A stretch of 64,000 bases of DNA from Porphyridium purpureum (lineage: Eukaryota). Location: assembly GCA_008690995.1 (NCBI GenBank), contig VRMN01000003.1, forward strand, positions 1,178,001 through 1,242,000, in the 5' to 3' direction. The translations under genes were made by a program, and so were the position numbers. The notes beneath the pieces were generated by a model. The model did not search any database. It saw nothing but the letters and a program-made list of their open reading frames with translations, and had not been told where the DNA came from. Below are positions 11,001 through 21,112 of this stretch, piece after piece (within the stretch, counting starts at the first letter, position 1; every line of letters begins with the position of its first letter).

Positions 11001-13026
11001 GGCGCGGCTTTTGCAGGACATTTGTGTCGGCGCGGCGGCCTTGTCTACACTGGCGGAGAATCTTGAGCGTCGCGTCGCACACCCGCACAGCAATGGTACG
11101 CCGCGGAGCGGAGAAGAAGTCGGCTCGATGCGAAAAATGATCGATGTATTTCGGACGCCGGCCGCGTATGCTCTTGACATAGACTTGGACACGACTGAGG
11201 AGACAATTGAGTCGAAAGCCGTGGCCGGAAGTAATGGCGGCACCCATGGTGAGAGCCTGAAAATTCCGGGTGGGCGCTTGTCTGAGCATCGCTTTGCTAA
11301 GCTTAGCAAGCGACTGAAGGAGACTGTGGATTTCAGGACAGAGGTGTCTCGCCGAGACAAGTTCCTGTTCACGATTGTTCAAAGTGCGAGGTCCGTTCTG
11401 CAACACATGCGCAAGTCGCTGACGCAACTGTTTTCCTCGTCGCAATTCCACGGCAATGCGCCATCCGGTCCTCAAGGCAGCGGTATCAACGGCAGCAGCA
11501 ACGCTGCAGCGGGCGACACCGAGCTAGAGCAGTGGTGCCAGGGCGTCCTGCGCTCACTAGATCGCGTAGTTCCCATTCTCAAATTGCTGCGCGACGCGTC
11601 GATCCTTCCTTCGTTGCGTGATTTTACCATCATCAAGCCCATCTCGCGTGGCGCGTTTGGGCGCGTGTACCTGGCGCGAAAGAAAAAAACGCGCGATGTG
11701 TTCGCGATCAAGGTGCTGAACAAGGAAGATATGGTGCTGAAGAACCTCGTGGGTCGAGTGCAGGGTGAGCGTGATATTCTAGCGGGCGTCAGTGACCCCA
11801 CAATTGTTCGGTTCTTCTGGAGCTTTCACACGCAGAATAAGTTGTATCTAGCCATGGAGTTTGTGCCCGGTGGGGACATGTACTCACTGCTCTGCAATCT
11901 GGGCTTCTTGGATGAGAAGATTGCGAAGCAGTACTTGGCAGAACTCGTACTGGCTCTGGAGTATCTCCACCATCACTGCTCTGTCGTGCACCGGGATCTC
12001 AAGCCAGATAACTTGCTGATCGCAAGCGATGGCCGGATTAAGCTGGCTGACTTTGGTCTGTCCAAGTTTCACGTTCCAGCCAAGCAAAATGACGCCGAGC
12101 TGCACGATGAGAATGTTCTGTTCTCGGATATGAAGATGACCATGTCGATGCTTACCGATGCGGGTGCGCTAGGTTCCGTCTACATTGCTAACCATCAAGC
12201 TGATAACGCTGAGCTGGTAGGCACGCCGGACTACCTTGCTCCGGAGCTTCTGCTAGGGCTGGGTCACTCGTTCACCGCTGACTGGTGGTCAGTGGGTGTT
12301 ATATTGTACGAGTTTTTGATGGGTATACCGCCGTTTCACGACTCGAATCCAGACATGATCTTTGAGAATATTTTGCAGCTCAAAATTGAGTGGCCTGCAG
12401 TGCCTTCTGAGATGTCTGAAGAGGCGCTTGATCTTGCGAAGCGGCTGCTCGACCCCAACCCGCGAACACGGCTGGGAGCGAATGGCGCTGGTGAGGTCAA
12501 GCAACACGCCTTCTTTGCGGACGTGGATTGGAGTTCAGTGCGCTCAAAGAAGGCTCTCTTTGTACCAGATACAATTTCTGAGGAGGACACTTCGTACTTC
12601 AATTCGCGAAACCCGTTCGGACCGCTTTCATTTGATGAAGAACCGACAGGTAAGCCGTACGTTCTCAAGACGTCGATGGAGAGGCCGGAAAGCAGGGCAA
12701 AGCCTAAATTGATGGACAAACTGAAGGGTGAGCGAATGGATAGTGCTGTTGTGGTGCGGAGAAAGCTGCCTGCAGCGTCAGGTGTAGCCGACGGCGCCTC
12801 AAACGCAAGCAAGGGCAGCTCCCTGTCGGGTAGCTTAAACGGCATGGAGAAGGATTATGGCAGCGGTGTGGATGTGCGACTCGGAGACCCGGACCAAATA
12901 CCGTTGTCGCCAGTGATGTCTCGGGGTGCGCACGCCTCCGGCGTAGATTTTGAGCAATTCCCGCAGCGCAACATCACCAACCTGATCGCTAAGAACCTGG
13001 GGCTCATTCGAAAACTCGACCTATAA
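8068..13026 (+). CDS. AGC Ser/Thr kinase, IRE/Rim15/Greatwall (MAST-like) family
   Basis: DFTIIKPISRGAFGRVYLARKK, HRDLKPDNLL, DFGLS, an insert, VGTPDYLAPE, DWWSVG and the AGC tail EDTSYF. An upstream C-x2-C-x11-H-x3-C finger (CRVCE...HAYWC) is typical of IRE/Rim15. First ATG is at 8068. Confidence 0.93.
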   Translation: MDGGGGYLLSSSDSDDFATGGGGLQKRGSANGRLANDLDAGAAAQQEWSSEEDDEEFARAGNSSEQLHRRASAPHRGFRPSATTRRTRETVKRSGTATDARLPSGAKLSPHDESAAQHANKYGSLQSHALNMQRRQRQPLAHADVRQPLHAQSRMQQSHALEHDGSSHGGTHSAVAFRGSRSGMFPNHRGGHPHEQVQSLSSEVHTRRPSAYLPSFRPAPLQLQQQQQQPHLQQSPLVLQEGLRDDITPDTPDAFEADFSPDFSVETPAAAEVDSELARVVKDLDTLLAQIETYRSLARDSQESAYYEVAYERVVDIVDCCASQEFSALPSIEWDLNTASSQSDTCAWRASRGISPFVSVKALLLELIRTVSKQTAQAPGILESIRAQNLRNHRQVVAEGGHDGQMHAEVYLSSSDSEILRRPYTDNSVSNARDGEWNDGRPDVIREDQQKARGGSASRGQAPEHVAKIAGRVAEPHDMAVESPTLMSSDNSSDFEYPGLSQRHEVSRPAVPDSTVPSALDSLTSGVQSASSVLLLDGSDDNGSAQATHTGLAPPSPRRLSSDSSAAPTPRVSTTPGVSEGAIEAAFQNHHHHSRRSHASLKKKSSNSSSKIASGPGEHIADVARIPGSVRFPDAANAAREVLRRRRRKAKRPHTRRPVEYETSPLASPPTSPYANSTNAFQGLAGARYGPPRDPWNSGGLVPHTSTQSHDPMSQFARTADELSPSLSSPGVVISGEDDGSPLAMARRSSPLDIRRPTPSANSEGWMGEVSPEIITPSQHRAPFSPLGNVLATDRTLQGLPDSSSGYQSHTSTASENGSFTRLSVLGDLDDDTNEVLSKIINESILGLSLGARDQPAKTAEEEMAERIQHGNAEDDLGDGTCAAVASAATAATAATAGTALSEPSVSAPAAQTTIDWFANEPTMMQRTTQTCRVDVRPPTESEQRESTSAERWIQCRVCELHYVADFFVVHAYWCGKVARLLQDICVGAAALSTLAENLERRVAHPHSNGTPRSGEEVGSMRKMIDVFRTPAAYALDIDLDTTEETIESKAVAGSNGGTHGESLKIPGGRLSEHRFAKLSKRLKETVDFRTEVSRRDKFLFTIVQSARSVLQHMRKSLTQLFSSSQFHGNAPSGPQGSGINGSSNAAAGDTELEQWCQGVLRSLDRVVPILKLLRDASILPSLRDFTIIKPISRGAFGRVYLARKKKTRDVFAIKVLNKEDMVLKNLVGRVQGERDILAGVSDPTIVRFFWSFHTQNKLYLAMEFVPGGDMYSLLCNLGFLDEKIAKQYLAELVLALEYLHHHCSVVHRDLKPDNLLIASDGRIKLADFGLSKFHVPAKQNDAELHDENVLFSDMKMTMSMLTDAGALGSVYIANHQADNAELVGTPDYLAPELLLGLGHSFTADWWSVGVILYEFLMGIPPFHDSNPDMIFENILQLKIEWPAVPSEMSEEALDLAKRLLDPNPRTRLGANGAGEVKQHAFFADVDWSSVRSKKALFVPDTISEEDTSYFNSRNPFGPLSFDEEPTGKPYVLKTSMERPESRAKPKLMDKLKGERMDSAVVVRRKLPAASGVADGASNASKGSSLSGSLNGMEKDYGSGVDVRLGDPDQIPLSPVMSRGAHASGVDFEQFPQRNITNLIAKNLGLIRKLDL

Positions 13027-13220
13027 CTGTACCTTGCCGTGCGCAGTTCTGTTCGCACTGTACTCACTCCTTTTTTCTTCCCCGTTTTACAAAATTTCAA
13101 ATGTTTGAATTGACTTTTCGTGTTCAGGTGCTCTGCCTGATGGCTGGTGGACATGGGCCTGACCCGTGATGCTCAAGGAGTTGCACGCGCCAGAGGCCTC
13201 GGAACCAGAAGAAGGATAAA

Positions 13221-13901
13221 ATGGGGACACCGTCCGGACGCACGCGGGCGACTGTCTTGTCGCCCGCGGCGCCGCCGTCCGTGCTCAAGGCAAATGGCGC
13301 GCTCGAGGACACGGCCGCTTTGATCGACGACATCACTGCCTTGTTCGAGACAAACGAGGATGTCCAGCAAGTCGAGGCGCTCGCAAGTACGCTGAGCCGA
13401 ATCGAGCAATTATCATGCGCACAGCTAGATGGGCTCGCGCAACAGCTTCGCACGTGCGAGCAGCGGCTCGAGCAGGCGCGCGCCGCGGCTGCCGGCGTCG
13501 AGACCGAAGAGGAACACGCGAACCGCATGCGTGCACTGGAGAGGGAAAAGGCACAAATCATTCAGCACATTTTAGAACTGGAAGAGGAAGCCGCCGCATC
13601 GCGAGCGTCACTTTCCGAACTAAAGTCGGAACTGCTAAACAAGGCCGGTGCACAGGAGACGGGGCGCACGACGCTGGAGTCCGAGTTGATGCAGCGCGAA
13701 AAGAAGCTCGACTTGTACGTCAGACTTTCAGGAATCAGATTCGATTTGACCACTCCGGCCCCGGCGATTTCAGGATACGTGAGCGACCAGCCGCATCGAC
13801 GTGTCCACGCGTTCGACTTTCCGCGCGTGAAACAGGATCCGTACGAAGACGTCGATATGGCGAATTACCTGTGGGACCTCATCGACCAGGCCACAGCATG
13901 A
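13221..13901 (+). CDS. SPC24: Kinetochore protein Spc24 (NDC80 complex)
   Basis: Long coiled coil followed by KLDLYVRLSGIRFD...ISGYV...ANYLWDLI, matching the Spc24 C-terminal domain pattern. Confidence 0.78.
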   Translation: MGTPSGRTRATVLSPAAPPSVLKANGALEDTAALIDDITALFETNEDVQQVEALASTLSRIEQLSCAQLDGLAQQLRTCEQRLEQARAAAAGVETEEEHANRMRALEREKAQIIQHILELEEEAAASRASLSELKSELLNKAGAQETGRTTLESELMQREKKLDLYVRLSGIRFDLTTPAPAISGYVSDQPHRRVHAFDFPRVKQDPYEDVDMANYLWDLIDQATA

Positions 13902-14005
13902 GCGAGCGGAGAGGCAAAATCAAAGGAGGAATCAGAATAAAAACAGTGAGTACATGACGCATTTATTTGTCCACGCCTTTCTTTCGCACACTCATTGCTG
14001 ATCGC

Positions 14006-15946
14006 TCAGGAGGTGGTGTCCGGGCGCCAGGCAGCAACTTGAGCGGCTTGTTCTTGTGAGACGCTGGACCTTGAACATTCCAGCGCCTCCAACACATCCG
14101 CGCTTTCTACGACCCGACCCCGCGTCGCAGCCGATACGCAAGCTTTCCGAAAAATGGACTCCACGTCAGCGCCAGAGTATCCATGGGTGCGCCAAGTCAC
14201 GCGATGGATAAGTTCCTCATGCTCAGGTGTCGACATGGCGGCTTGGGAGAAGCCTCCTTGCGATGCCGACTGAATTGCTATCATCCGTCTTTCAGCTGCG
14301 TCCGGGAGAGTCACGTGGAACACGTTTTCCAAGCGTCCATCTCGGTATAGTGCCGGGTGAAGCTGGTGCGGAAGATTGGTTGCAGCAATTACAAACACGA
14401 AGTGGGGTATGGGCCCAGGCATGGCTGCTCGACTGCCATTGGCGCTCTTGTACTGCATCGCGATGGATCGATTTCGTTCCATGAGAACGTCGAGTTGTGT
14501 GCAGAACACAGATCTCAGTCGCTGAAGGTAGTGTGGCCCGCTCACATCAAAAATAGCGTCAATTTCGTCAACGAAGAGCAGCGTATTGCGAGGTCCCTTG
14601 CGAGCGGATTCAAACATGCCATACAGTACTCGCTCACTTTGTCCAAGTGCGGAACAGATCACTGCCGATGCATCTACACTCACCAGTTCAAAGTCATGCT
14701 CCTTCACAAGCTGCCTGACAAAAAGAGTCTTCCCGGTACCCGGCGGTCCGAAAAGGAGCATTCCTACAGACGTTGGAGCTCGCCTTTCCTTATCAAAATG
14801 CGCGGCAAAAGCTTGCGACACGCATGCCTTTGGACGAACAAGACCAGCCACGCTGTCTAGTTTGAACACAGAACGTACCGATAGATCAGGATGGCGGCTC
14901 GGTGTCGCGGATTCAATTGCGTGGACGCTGCGGGTATTGAGATCCATTGTAAAATCGGATGCTGCGTGCAAGTCGCGTGAAAGCAGCTGAAGGGGACCCT
15001 TTCGTACAAGTATGAGCAAGCACACCTGTCGCACACGGCGAGCAGATGTCCTAGTTGATGGTCTCCCGATTTCTTGTCCTGGCACAGCGCCGACGCGCAT
15101 TTCAGCCAGTACCTGAAGAAGAGCGGCACATCTTTGAGCGCGGTCTAGGTCAGTGAAAGAAAGCTCACTCGTGTCCTGGTCGCTTAGCAGGCCGTCATCG
15201 CAGGTTTGACAGGTCTCAGCGTAATCCAGCACCACCATTGCACGCGCGTAGATAGTGCCCATCAATTGCGTACGAAGCCAAAGCAGAAAATGCTTTGGGT
15301 TCGGCGCCAGCATCACGCCGCGTTGCAGATTGAGGTAAACAGGTACGGCATCGAGCTTGTGACTCGAAAACTGTAATAAGCGAGACGCATACTCCGACAG
15401 CAACTGATGGCTGCTGGCACATAGCAGCATGGTCGATAGGCCGGTGTGCTGGCGGAGGAAACCTTCGCTGCGTTCACCTGTTCCAAGCCTGCGTACAGAC
15501 ACTAGGGATGCACGAGCGCGTTTGTAGAGCTGATTCAGCTTATCTACATTCACCCGAGTTCCAATCTCGGCATCTTCTAAAGAGAGGTCAACTTTCGCTC
15601 GACGACTCAACTCGCCTGAAGGCAGCACGAGCACCCGGAGATCGCAATGACCAGAGTCCGCAGAAACGCGCATATCCGCCTTTTCGCAGCATGAGCACCA
15701 TACCACACGCACACGTACGGCACTGTGTCGCTTGAGCACGCAGATATCCTCGATGCGGCCGCAGCATGGCTCACTTGCAGGCTGACAAGAAGAGCGATCA
15801 CATCCATGCTGCGCCTGGATGCGCGGACGCAGGACCGCGGTGGCCAGTTGCGCGCTCAAATATAGTGGGCCCGAGCGCTGCTGCTCGTCCGACTCGGCCT
15901 CAAGTTCTTGTTCATTTTCCGCCGGAAGCGCTTGGACCACCCACAT
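14006..15946 (-). CDS. AAA+ ATPase (CDC48/SPATA5-like, one intact AAA module)
   Basis: Walker A GPPGTGKT, Walker B LFVDEID, second region of homology IAATN...LYRDGRLE, and GYSGAD. First ATG is at 15946; the true 5' end is uncertain. Confidence 0.85.
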   Translation of the reverse strand: MWVVQALPAENEQELEAESDEQQRSGPLYLSAQLATAVLRPRIQAQHGCDRSSCQPASEPCCGRIEDICVLKRHSAVRVRVVWCSCCEKADMRVSADSGHCDLRVLVLPSGELSRRAKVDLSLEDAEIGTRVNVDKLNQLYKRARASLVSVRRLGTGERSEGFLRQHTGLSTMLLCASSHQLLSEYASRLLQFSSHKLDAVPVYLNLQRGVMLAPNPKHFLLWLRTQLMGTIYARAMVVLDYAETCQTCDDGLLSDQDTSELSFTDLDRAQRCAALLQVLAEMRVGAVPGQEIGRPSTRTSARRVRQVCLLILVRKGPLQLLSRDLHAASDFTMDLNTRSVHAIESATPSRHPDLSVRSVFKLDSVAGLVRPKACVSQAFAAHFDKERRAPTSVGMLLFGPPGTGKTLFVRQLVKEHDFELVSVDASAVICSALGQSERVLYGMFESARKGPRNTLLFVDEIDAIFDVSGPHYLQRLRSVFCTQLDVLMERNRSIAMQYKSANGSRAAMPGPIPHFVFVIAATNLPHQLHPALYRDGRLENVFHVTLPDAAERRMIAIQSASQGGFSQAAMSTPEHEELIHRVTWRTHGYSGADVESIFRKACVSAATRGRVVESADVLEALECSRSSVSQEQAAQVAAWRPDTTS

Positions 15947-17259
15947 TAAATCCGTGATCCTTGGGTGCCACAAGTGAAGGTTTCACACTCGCCGTGATGA
16001 ATCCGATGTGGCTAGCTGACCAAGTGTGAAGACGGGCGTGCAGGGGAACCGTTCAAGCTACTCTTTGATATTCGACCTCAACATTTCAGACCTGAGGATT
16101 AAAACATGGCCAGACGGTACTACGCGAAGCGTGGCGGTGGAAAGACCAGCGATGGTTCTACAATATTCAAGTAGAGGCGCTAGAACACGAAACCAGAGCC
16201 TTCAGGATCATGCCCTTGTGCAGCTTCACTGAGAAGCCCATCAGTATCGGCACTGGCATTTTGCGACAGCTGCGACAACGTGTTGCTGGTCGCACCGGCT
16301 GCCCTACGACAAAACCTTCACCTGCATTGTGGCCAGAGGCGAAGCATCTGTGGGAGACCTAATTTCAGTCTCGGTAGAGCGGAAGGTAAAACCAAGCGGC
16401 GCGACTTTCAAGCAATGGTGAACCTTTTTGGCTATGCTGTAATTCTCGCTTTCAGCAGAGTGCTGGCCGCAGACAGCTGTGTAGAAGCGCGACCTGAAGT
16501 TTGCGGATACTGTCGGTGCTACTTCTCAGAGTGATACGAGAAAGCATGTGGTAGCAGTTGGCCCGGGTCGCCTTGTCCTTGCCAACTGCATCTTGTGGCT
16601 AGAGAATGAGAATGAGGCTCCCGTGTTTGCACGCTTTAGCAACCAGATTTACAAGCAGAAGCTTATTCAGGTCAAAACGCAAGCAATGGATGAGTATAGT
16701 GAGCTTGTCTGAGTGTTTGAGTTGGGTGCCAAGCGCCGGGACACCCTGTACTGTGCAGGTGGCCGCCCGCATTCATAGTCTGCGAAGGCGTGCAAAGCAC
16801 GGTACTTTGATTGGCGATATCAGCGCTGCCCTGAACATGCTTTAGATCTTCATGGAGGACACCTTGCGTGAAAGTAGACTGGAGGTATTCAAACGAAGAT
16901 ACCGAACTGAACTATTTACATGTCGCAGCATCTGGAGAAAGGTGGTTGACGGCGAGTAAACGCCGGAACACGAACGCGTGCTACAGAATTGTTCAGGCCA
17001 CACAATGAGTGCAGGGCTGATATCAATTGCTTCGACGGCAATACCAATTTACCTGGCGCAAGGGGGCCACATACATAAGCACAAATAGATACTCTACAAA
17101 GTTCCTAGTTCAAACAAAATTACAGAGTCAGCCGTTCCGTGCATATACCTCCCGTGAGTCTGCTACGCCTTGACCAAGGCGACAAAGTAGACCGTCTGAT
17201 CCTACGACGGACAGTCTATGAACACTTGGTCAGAATCAAAAAGAAATCCAGAAATACGG

Positions 17260-17291
17260 GGAGAGCGAGAGCGAGAGAGAGAGAGAGAGAG
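17260..17291. repeat. (GA)n microsatellite
   Basis: ggagagcgagagcgagagagagagagagagag downstream of the desaturase gene. Confidence 0.8.
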
Positions 17292-17393
17292 CAAAAAGAG
17301 AAATGCCGACGATCCGGCCTTCTGGAGAAGCGTCTCGCCGGCAGGAGTTATGGTCGTGCCGTGCGAGGGCGCGCGTTTTCAAGACAGAAACGA

Positions 17394-18605
17394 TCAGGCC
17401 GTATTGTTCAGCTGCCTCGAAACCCAAACAGCAAATACAATACACAACATCAGTTCCATCAGAACCGTGCCCAGCACATCCCAGACACGAAGCGGGAAAA
17501 TCTTTGCTGGTTTTGGTGGCTTGACGCTGCGCACCTCCTTGTTCTTGGCTTCGAATGCAGCCTCAATCGCAGGATCACTGTACTGTGCGTCCCAAATGAG
17601 ACCCACCGCCAGCAGTGGCTTAACAAGCAGCCAGTACGGAAGGTCATAATTGCTCCGCTTCGCCAGCCGCGGCTGGGTGTGATGCATAGCATGCAGGTTC
17701 TCGCCTACCATATTTGCCATGATATCGACCTGACGGTCGACGGCGCGGCACTGTGTTGACATTTCACTCTCCTCGTCGTCATGATAGCGCGCGTTGAATA
17801 CGTTACTCATGAGGCAGCTGAAGAACATGGGCAGAGCGCCACGCATGAAGGCCGAGACCAGAGGCTGATCTGAGCAGAACGCGATCGCCGTCATAAGCAG
17901 AGTAGGTGGCACAAAGTGAAACGTATCGATCAGCAGGAGCTCTGGCAGCATGAGCCGCTTTGGAACGTAGGCCCACGCGACCTCGCAGTCACCAACTGAG
18001 AACAGCACGCAGCCCAAGATGCCACTCAGGACGGGCGAATGCGGGTCTTCCTCAGTATCGCAGTTGGCATGATGCTGGATATGCTTGGACGCCCACCACA
18101 CGGGCCCCCGCTGTGCAGCACAGCACGACAGCACCGCCATGACGGCCTGGAATGTTCGCGACGTGGAGAAAGCCGCGTGCGAGAAGTAGCGATGCAGCAT
18201 GACCGACATGGTACTTCCAATGCACGAAACGCCCATCACGTAAGCCACCAGCCACATGGACAAGCTGACCTGCTCCCAGAGCCGAAAGTGCACAAAAACA
18301 CCGATCAAGGCGCACAGCATGGACAAGAGGCTTATCGGGGCGCGCGTGTAGTACCCGAGCTTCTTATTGATCGCCAATGCAAGCTTTGACGCGTCGCCGA
18401 GCTGCGCATGTTGCGACGGGACGGATGGCTCAGCCACGGGCTCACTCGCGTGCTTGCCATCGCTGCCGCTGCGCGCGCGGAGCGCGATACCTTCCTTTCC
18501 TGGCACACGTGCGGCGCTCGTGCTGTCCGCGTTGCGCGGGGCGTCACCAAGCGCCACGACGGGAATGGGCGTGACCGCCTGCGCCGCCGCCAAATTCGGC
18601 GCCAT
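17394..18605 (-). CDS. Delta-9-type membrane fatty-acid desaturase
   Basis: His boxes HRYFSH, WWASKHIQHH...DPHSP and GENLHAMHH, plus TM segments. ATG at 18605. Confidence 0.9.
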   Translation of the reverse strand: MAPNLAAAQAVTPIPVVALGDAPRNADSTSAARVPGKEGIALRARSGSDGKHASEPVAEPSVPSQHAQLGDASKLALAINKKLGYYTRAPISLLSMLCALIGVFVHFRLWEQVSLSMWLVAYVMGVSCIGSTMSVMLHRYFSHAAFSTSRTFQAVMAVLSCCAAQRGPVWWASKHIQHHANCDTEEDPHSPVLSGILGCVLFSVGDCEVAWAYVPKRLMLPELLLIDTFHFVPPTLLMTAIAFCSDQPLVSAFMRGALPMFFSCLMSNVFNARYHDDEESEMSTQCRAVDRQVDIMANMVGENLHAMHHTQPRLAKRSNYDLPYWLLVKPLLAVGLIWDAQYSDPAIEAAFEAKNKEVRSVKPPKPAKIFPLRVWDVLGTVLMELMLCIVFAVWVSRQLNNTA

Positions 18606-19475
18606 TCTAAAAATCCCGGGTGCTACCTCAACTTTCCTCCCCCGCGCGTCACAAACCACCCTCTAACCCAGACCTTCTCTTCCTCCCCTGACTATTTATT
18701 CCTTCCTTCCCTCTCATCCTCCATCTCACACCCACCATCCCCTCTCAATACTCCCACGCCCGAAACCATTAATAATAATACCACCACCACTCAATCCTCA
18801 TCATAATCATCGTCAGCCCCCCTCACGTGTAAATTATCATCACACAAGCATGCATACATACGCACGCACGTATGCACGCCCGCAGCACTCACCCTCCCAC
18901 ACAGCACAAGATTTGAAAAGATATAAAAAGCATGACGGGATACATCAATGCCGCAAAAAAAGGCGGCGGTGCTATCAATACCCACTCGTCAATGCATAAC
19001 CGACGAACCTGCACGAATGCGTCGCGACGGTTTCTTTTCCTTTTCGGTTTTAGGACACACCGACACCACAAAGCCACACAAAATAAAACCAGGCAAGCGC
19101 GCATGTTCTGTCTAGATGAACAGACGTGCGTTTGCCTCATGTAAGCTCTTTGCTCTTGTGTCTCTTCTCCGCCACCCATTCTTCTGTACATAAACGATGC
19201 ATACAGGAAAGCACCGCGCGATATTTTTTTATTTTTTTTCAAATTTTTGTTTTCATGTTTCGCGTTTGGGGGTTCTTATGAAGCAGGATGTTGTTAGTTG
19301 GTTTGTGGCGGCGCGTGAGGCACCTGATGAGCTACGGTGAGGCGCAAATTGAATCGTGTTGAGATGCGTGGATCAGCACAGAAGTGCCGTGCGTTGGAGG
19401 GTGCGTACACTGTGCGCACAGGGAGCATGCAACGAATAATGGATTCGTGTTGTGTGTTGGCGTTTGGGCGCACAT

Positions 19476-20672
19476 TTAGTTGGGAACGCGGGGCTGGGCT
19501 TGGCTCGGCTGGTGGTTCCTAACCGATAAGCGCTCGCGTGATACCGGTTTGGACCGGTCGGTGTCGGAAGGGGTACAGCATGAGAACGACAACGTCGGTA
19601 CAGTTGTGGCACAGAGGCAGCTGGGATGGTGGCGCGGATGGCAACATGAGGTGCAGCCTTGTGGTGGTGAGCGAGGCGGCAGGCGCTCACGCCTCGACAT
19701 GCGGCAAGCGATCGCGAATGAGTGAACGTTCGAACAGCACGCACTGGTCAGTCGTGGCGATGGCCCGGCAGAAATGCAGGATCGACAGCGCGTTGGTTCG
19801 GCGCGCACGTGCGCCAGCACGAAGTAGTCGCGCTCCCTGCGCAACAGATAGGCTCTCGCTTGGGTGAGCTCGCGGGGAAACGCATGCTGCTGATCCGCCG
19901 CACGCGCGTGGAGGATTTCACGTTCGCAGAAGAGAACGCCTCTTTTGGCGAATGCTGCTGCAGTAGCCAGCGCTACGTGGAGCGAAATGCTCTCGACACG
20001 ACGACGTGTATGAGCGAGCGTGCCCGTACCAGCGATGTGGCTGATTGAACGAAACCATATCACGATTAACTAATGCGTCTTGTCCTTCTGCATGGTCTTG
20101 AAGACATGGGCTCGTACTCCTGGGGATGCGGCCGTCTGGGCTGATGTATGGCCGGCGACGTTTGCAAAGCGCATGATACCCGAGAAGAGTCGGCAAAAGT
20201 AAGAGAGCATCCTGGACGTTGTTCTTAACTTCTTTCTGATTTAATCCAACTCTGCAATCGCATTGTGGGCATGACACTTCTGGTGTGGAGATGGTTCCGG
20301 ACTTGGACTGCGGAATCCATCCTTGCAAGGATGCCTTCGATCGTGAGCGTGGTATGCTTTGCGCCTGGAGTACTCGCCCGAGCTGGCGCATCGCGTAAGT
20401 GTTCTTCCTGTGCGGGATCTTGAGTCCGTTCCGAACACTGGTGACGATGGCATCAAACATGGATGAGCCTCAAGGTTCTCAGACTTGGGCTGGTCAAGCC
20501 TCGCAAACTTCTGTACAGCTGCACGACCAGGCTCGTCGCTCGTACTACCCGCATTGTCCTGTTCTGTAGTCAACTTGCAAGCTGCTGCTGCGCGGGCATC
20601 TTCCCCGCCATCCTTGCTCAGTGAATCAGAGACCATTGTGCGGTCGCCAACTTTCTCAACCACCAGCGACAA
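19476..20672 (-). pseudogene. Possible fragmented coding relic or hypothetical gene
   Basis: Three overlapping minus-strand ORFs in different frames (20241-20672, 19918-20460, 19476-20063), partly with protein-like composition and C/G-ending codons. No family recognised. Confidence 0.25.
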
Positions 20673-21112
20673 TCTTGTGGATCTTTTCTCAAGTGTGTCG
20701 GCATTGTGTGGCCCTCACCGACGTGCGCTGGTATTTCTAGAGCAGCGGCGTCTTGGGTCCAATGAGATGTGCCTATCTCTTATAGTTTTCACTGCCCCAC
20801 AAAGTGTATCAAAAATTAACTTCAGACTGCGAAGCGACATGCCCATTCAACTTTCAGTCTCGGTTTTTGGAATGATTCAGAGCCATAGAATTCCAGGCAC
20901 ACACGCTTGGAAAGCAGCCGACGAACGTCCGTTTTACCAGCAACGGACCATATGGAAGAATATCTCACGCTGTTCACGCCACGCCAGGACATTCCGAAAA
21001 TCTTTCGCAATTTGCGTTGTGGACGGGGCCAAACCGTCAGTCGTTTCCTCCCAGCACGGAAAAATTCAGAATAGGCCTAGTGTTCCACGGGTTTTGTGCG
21101 GGAAGGATTGAG

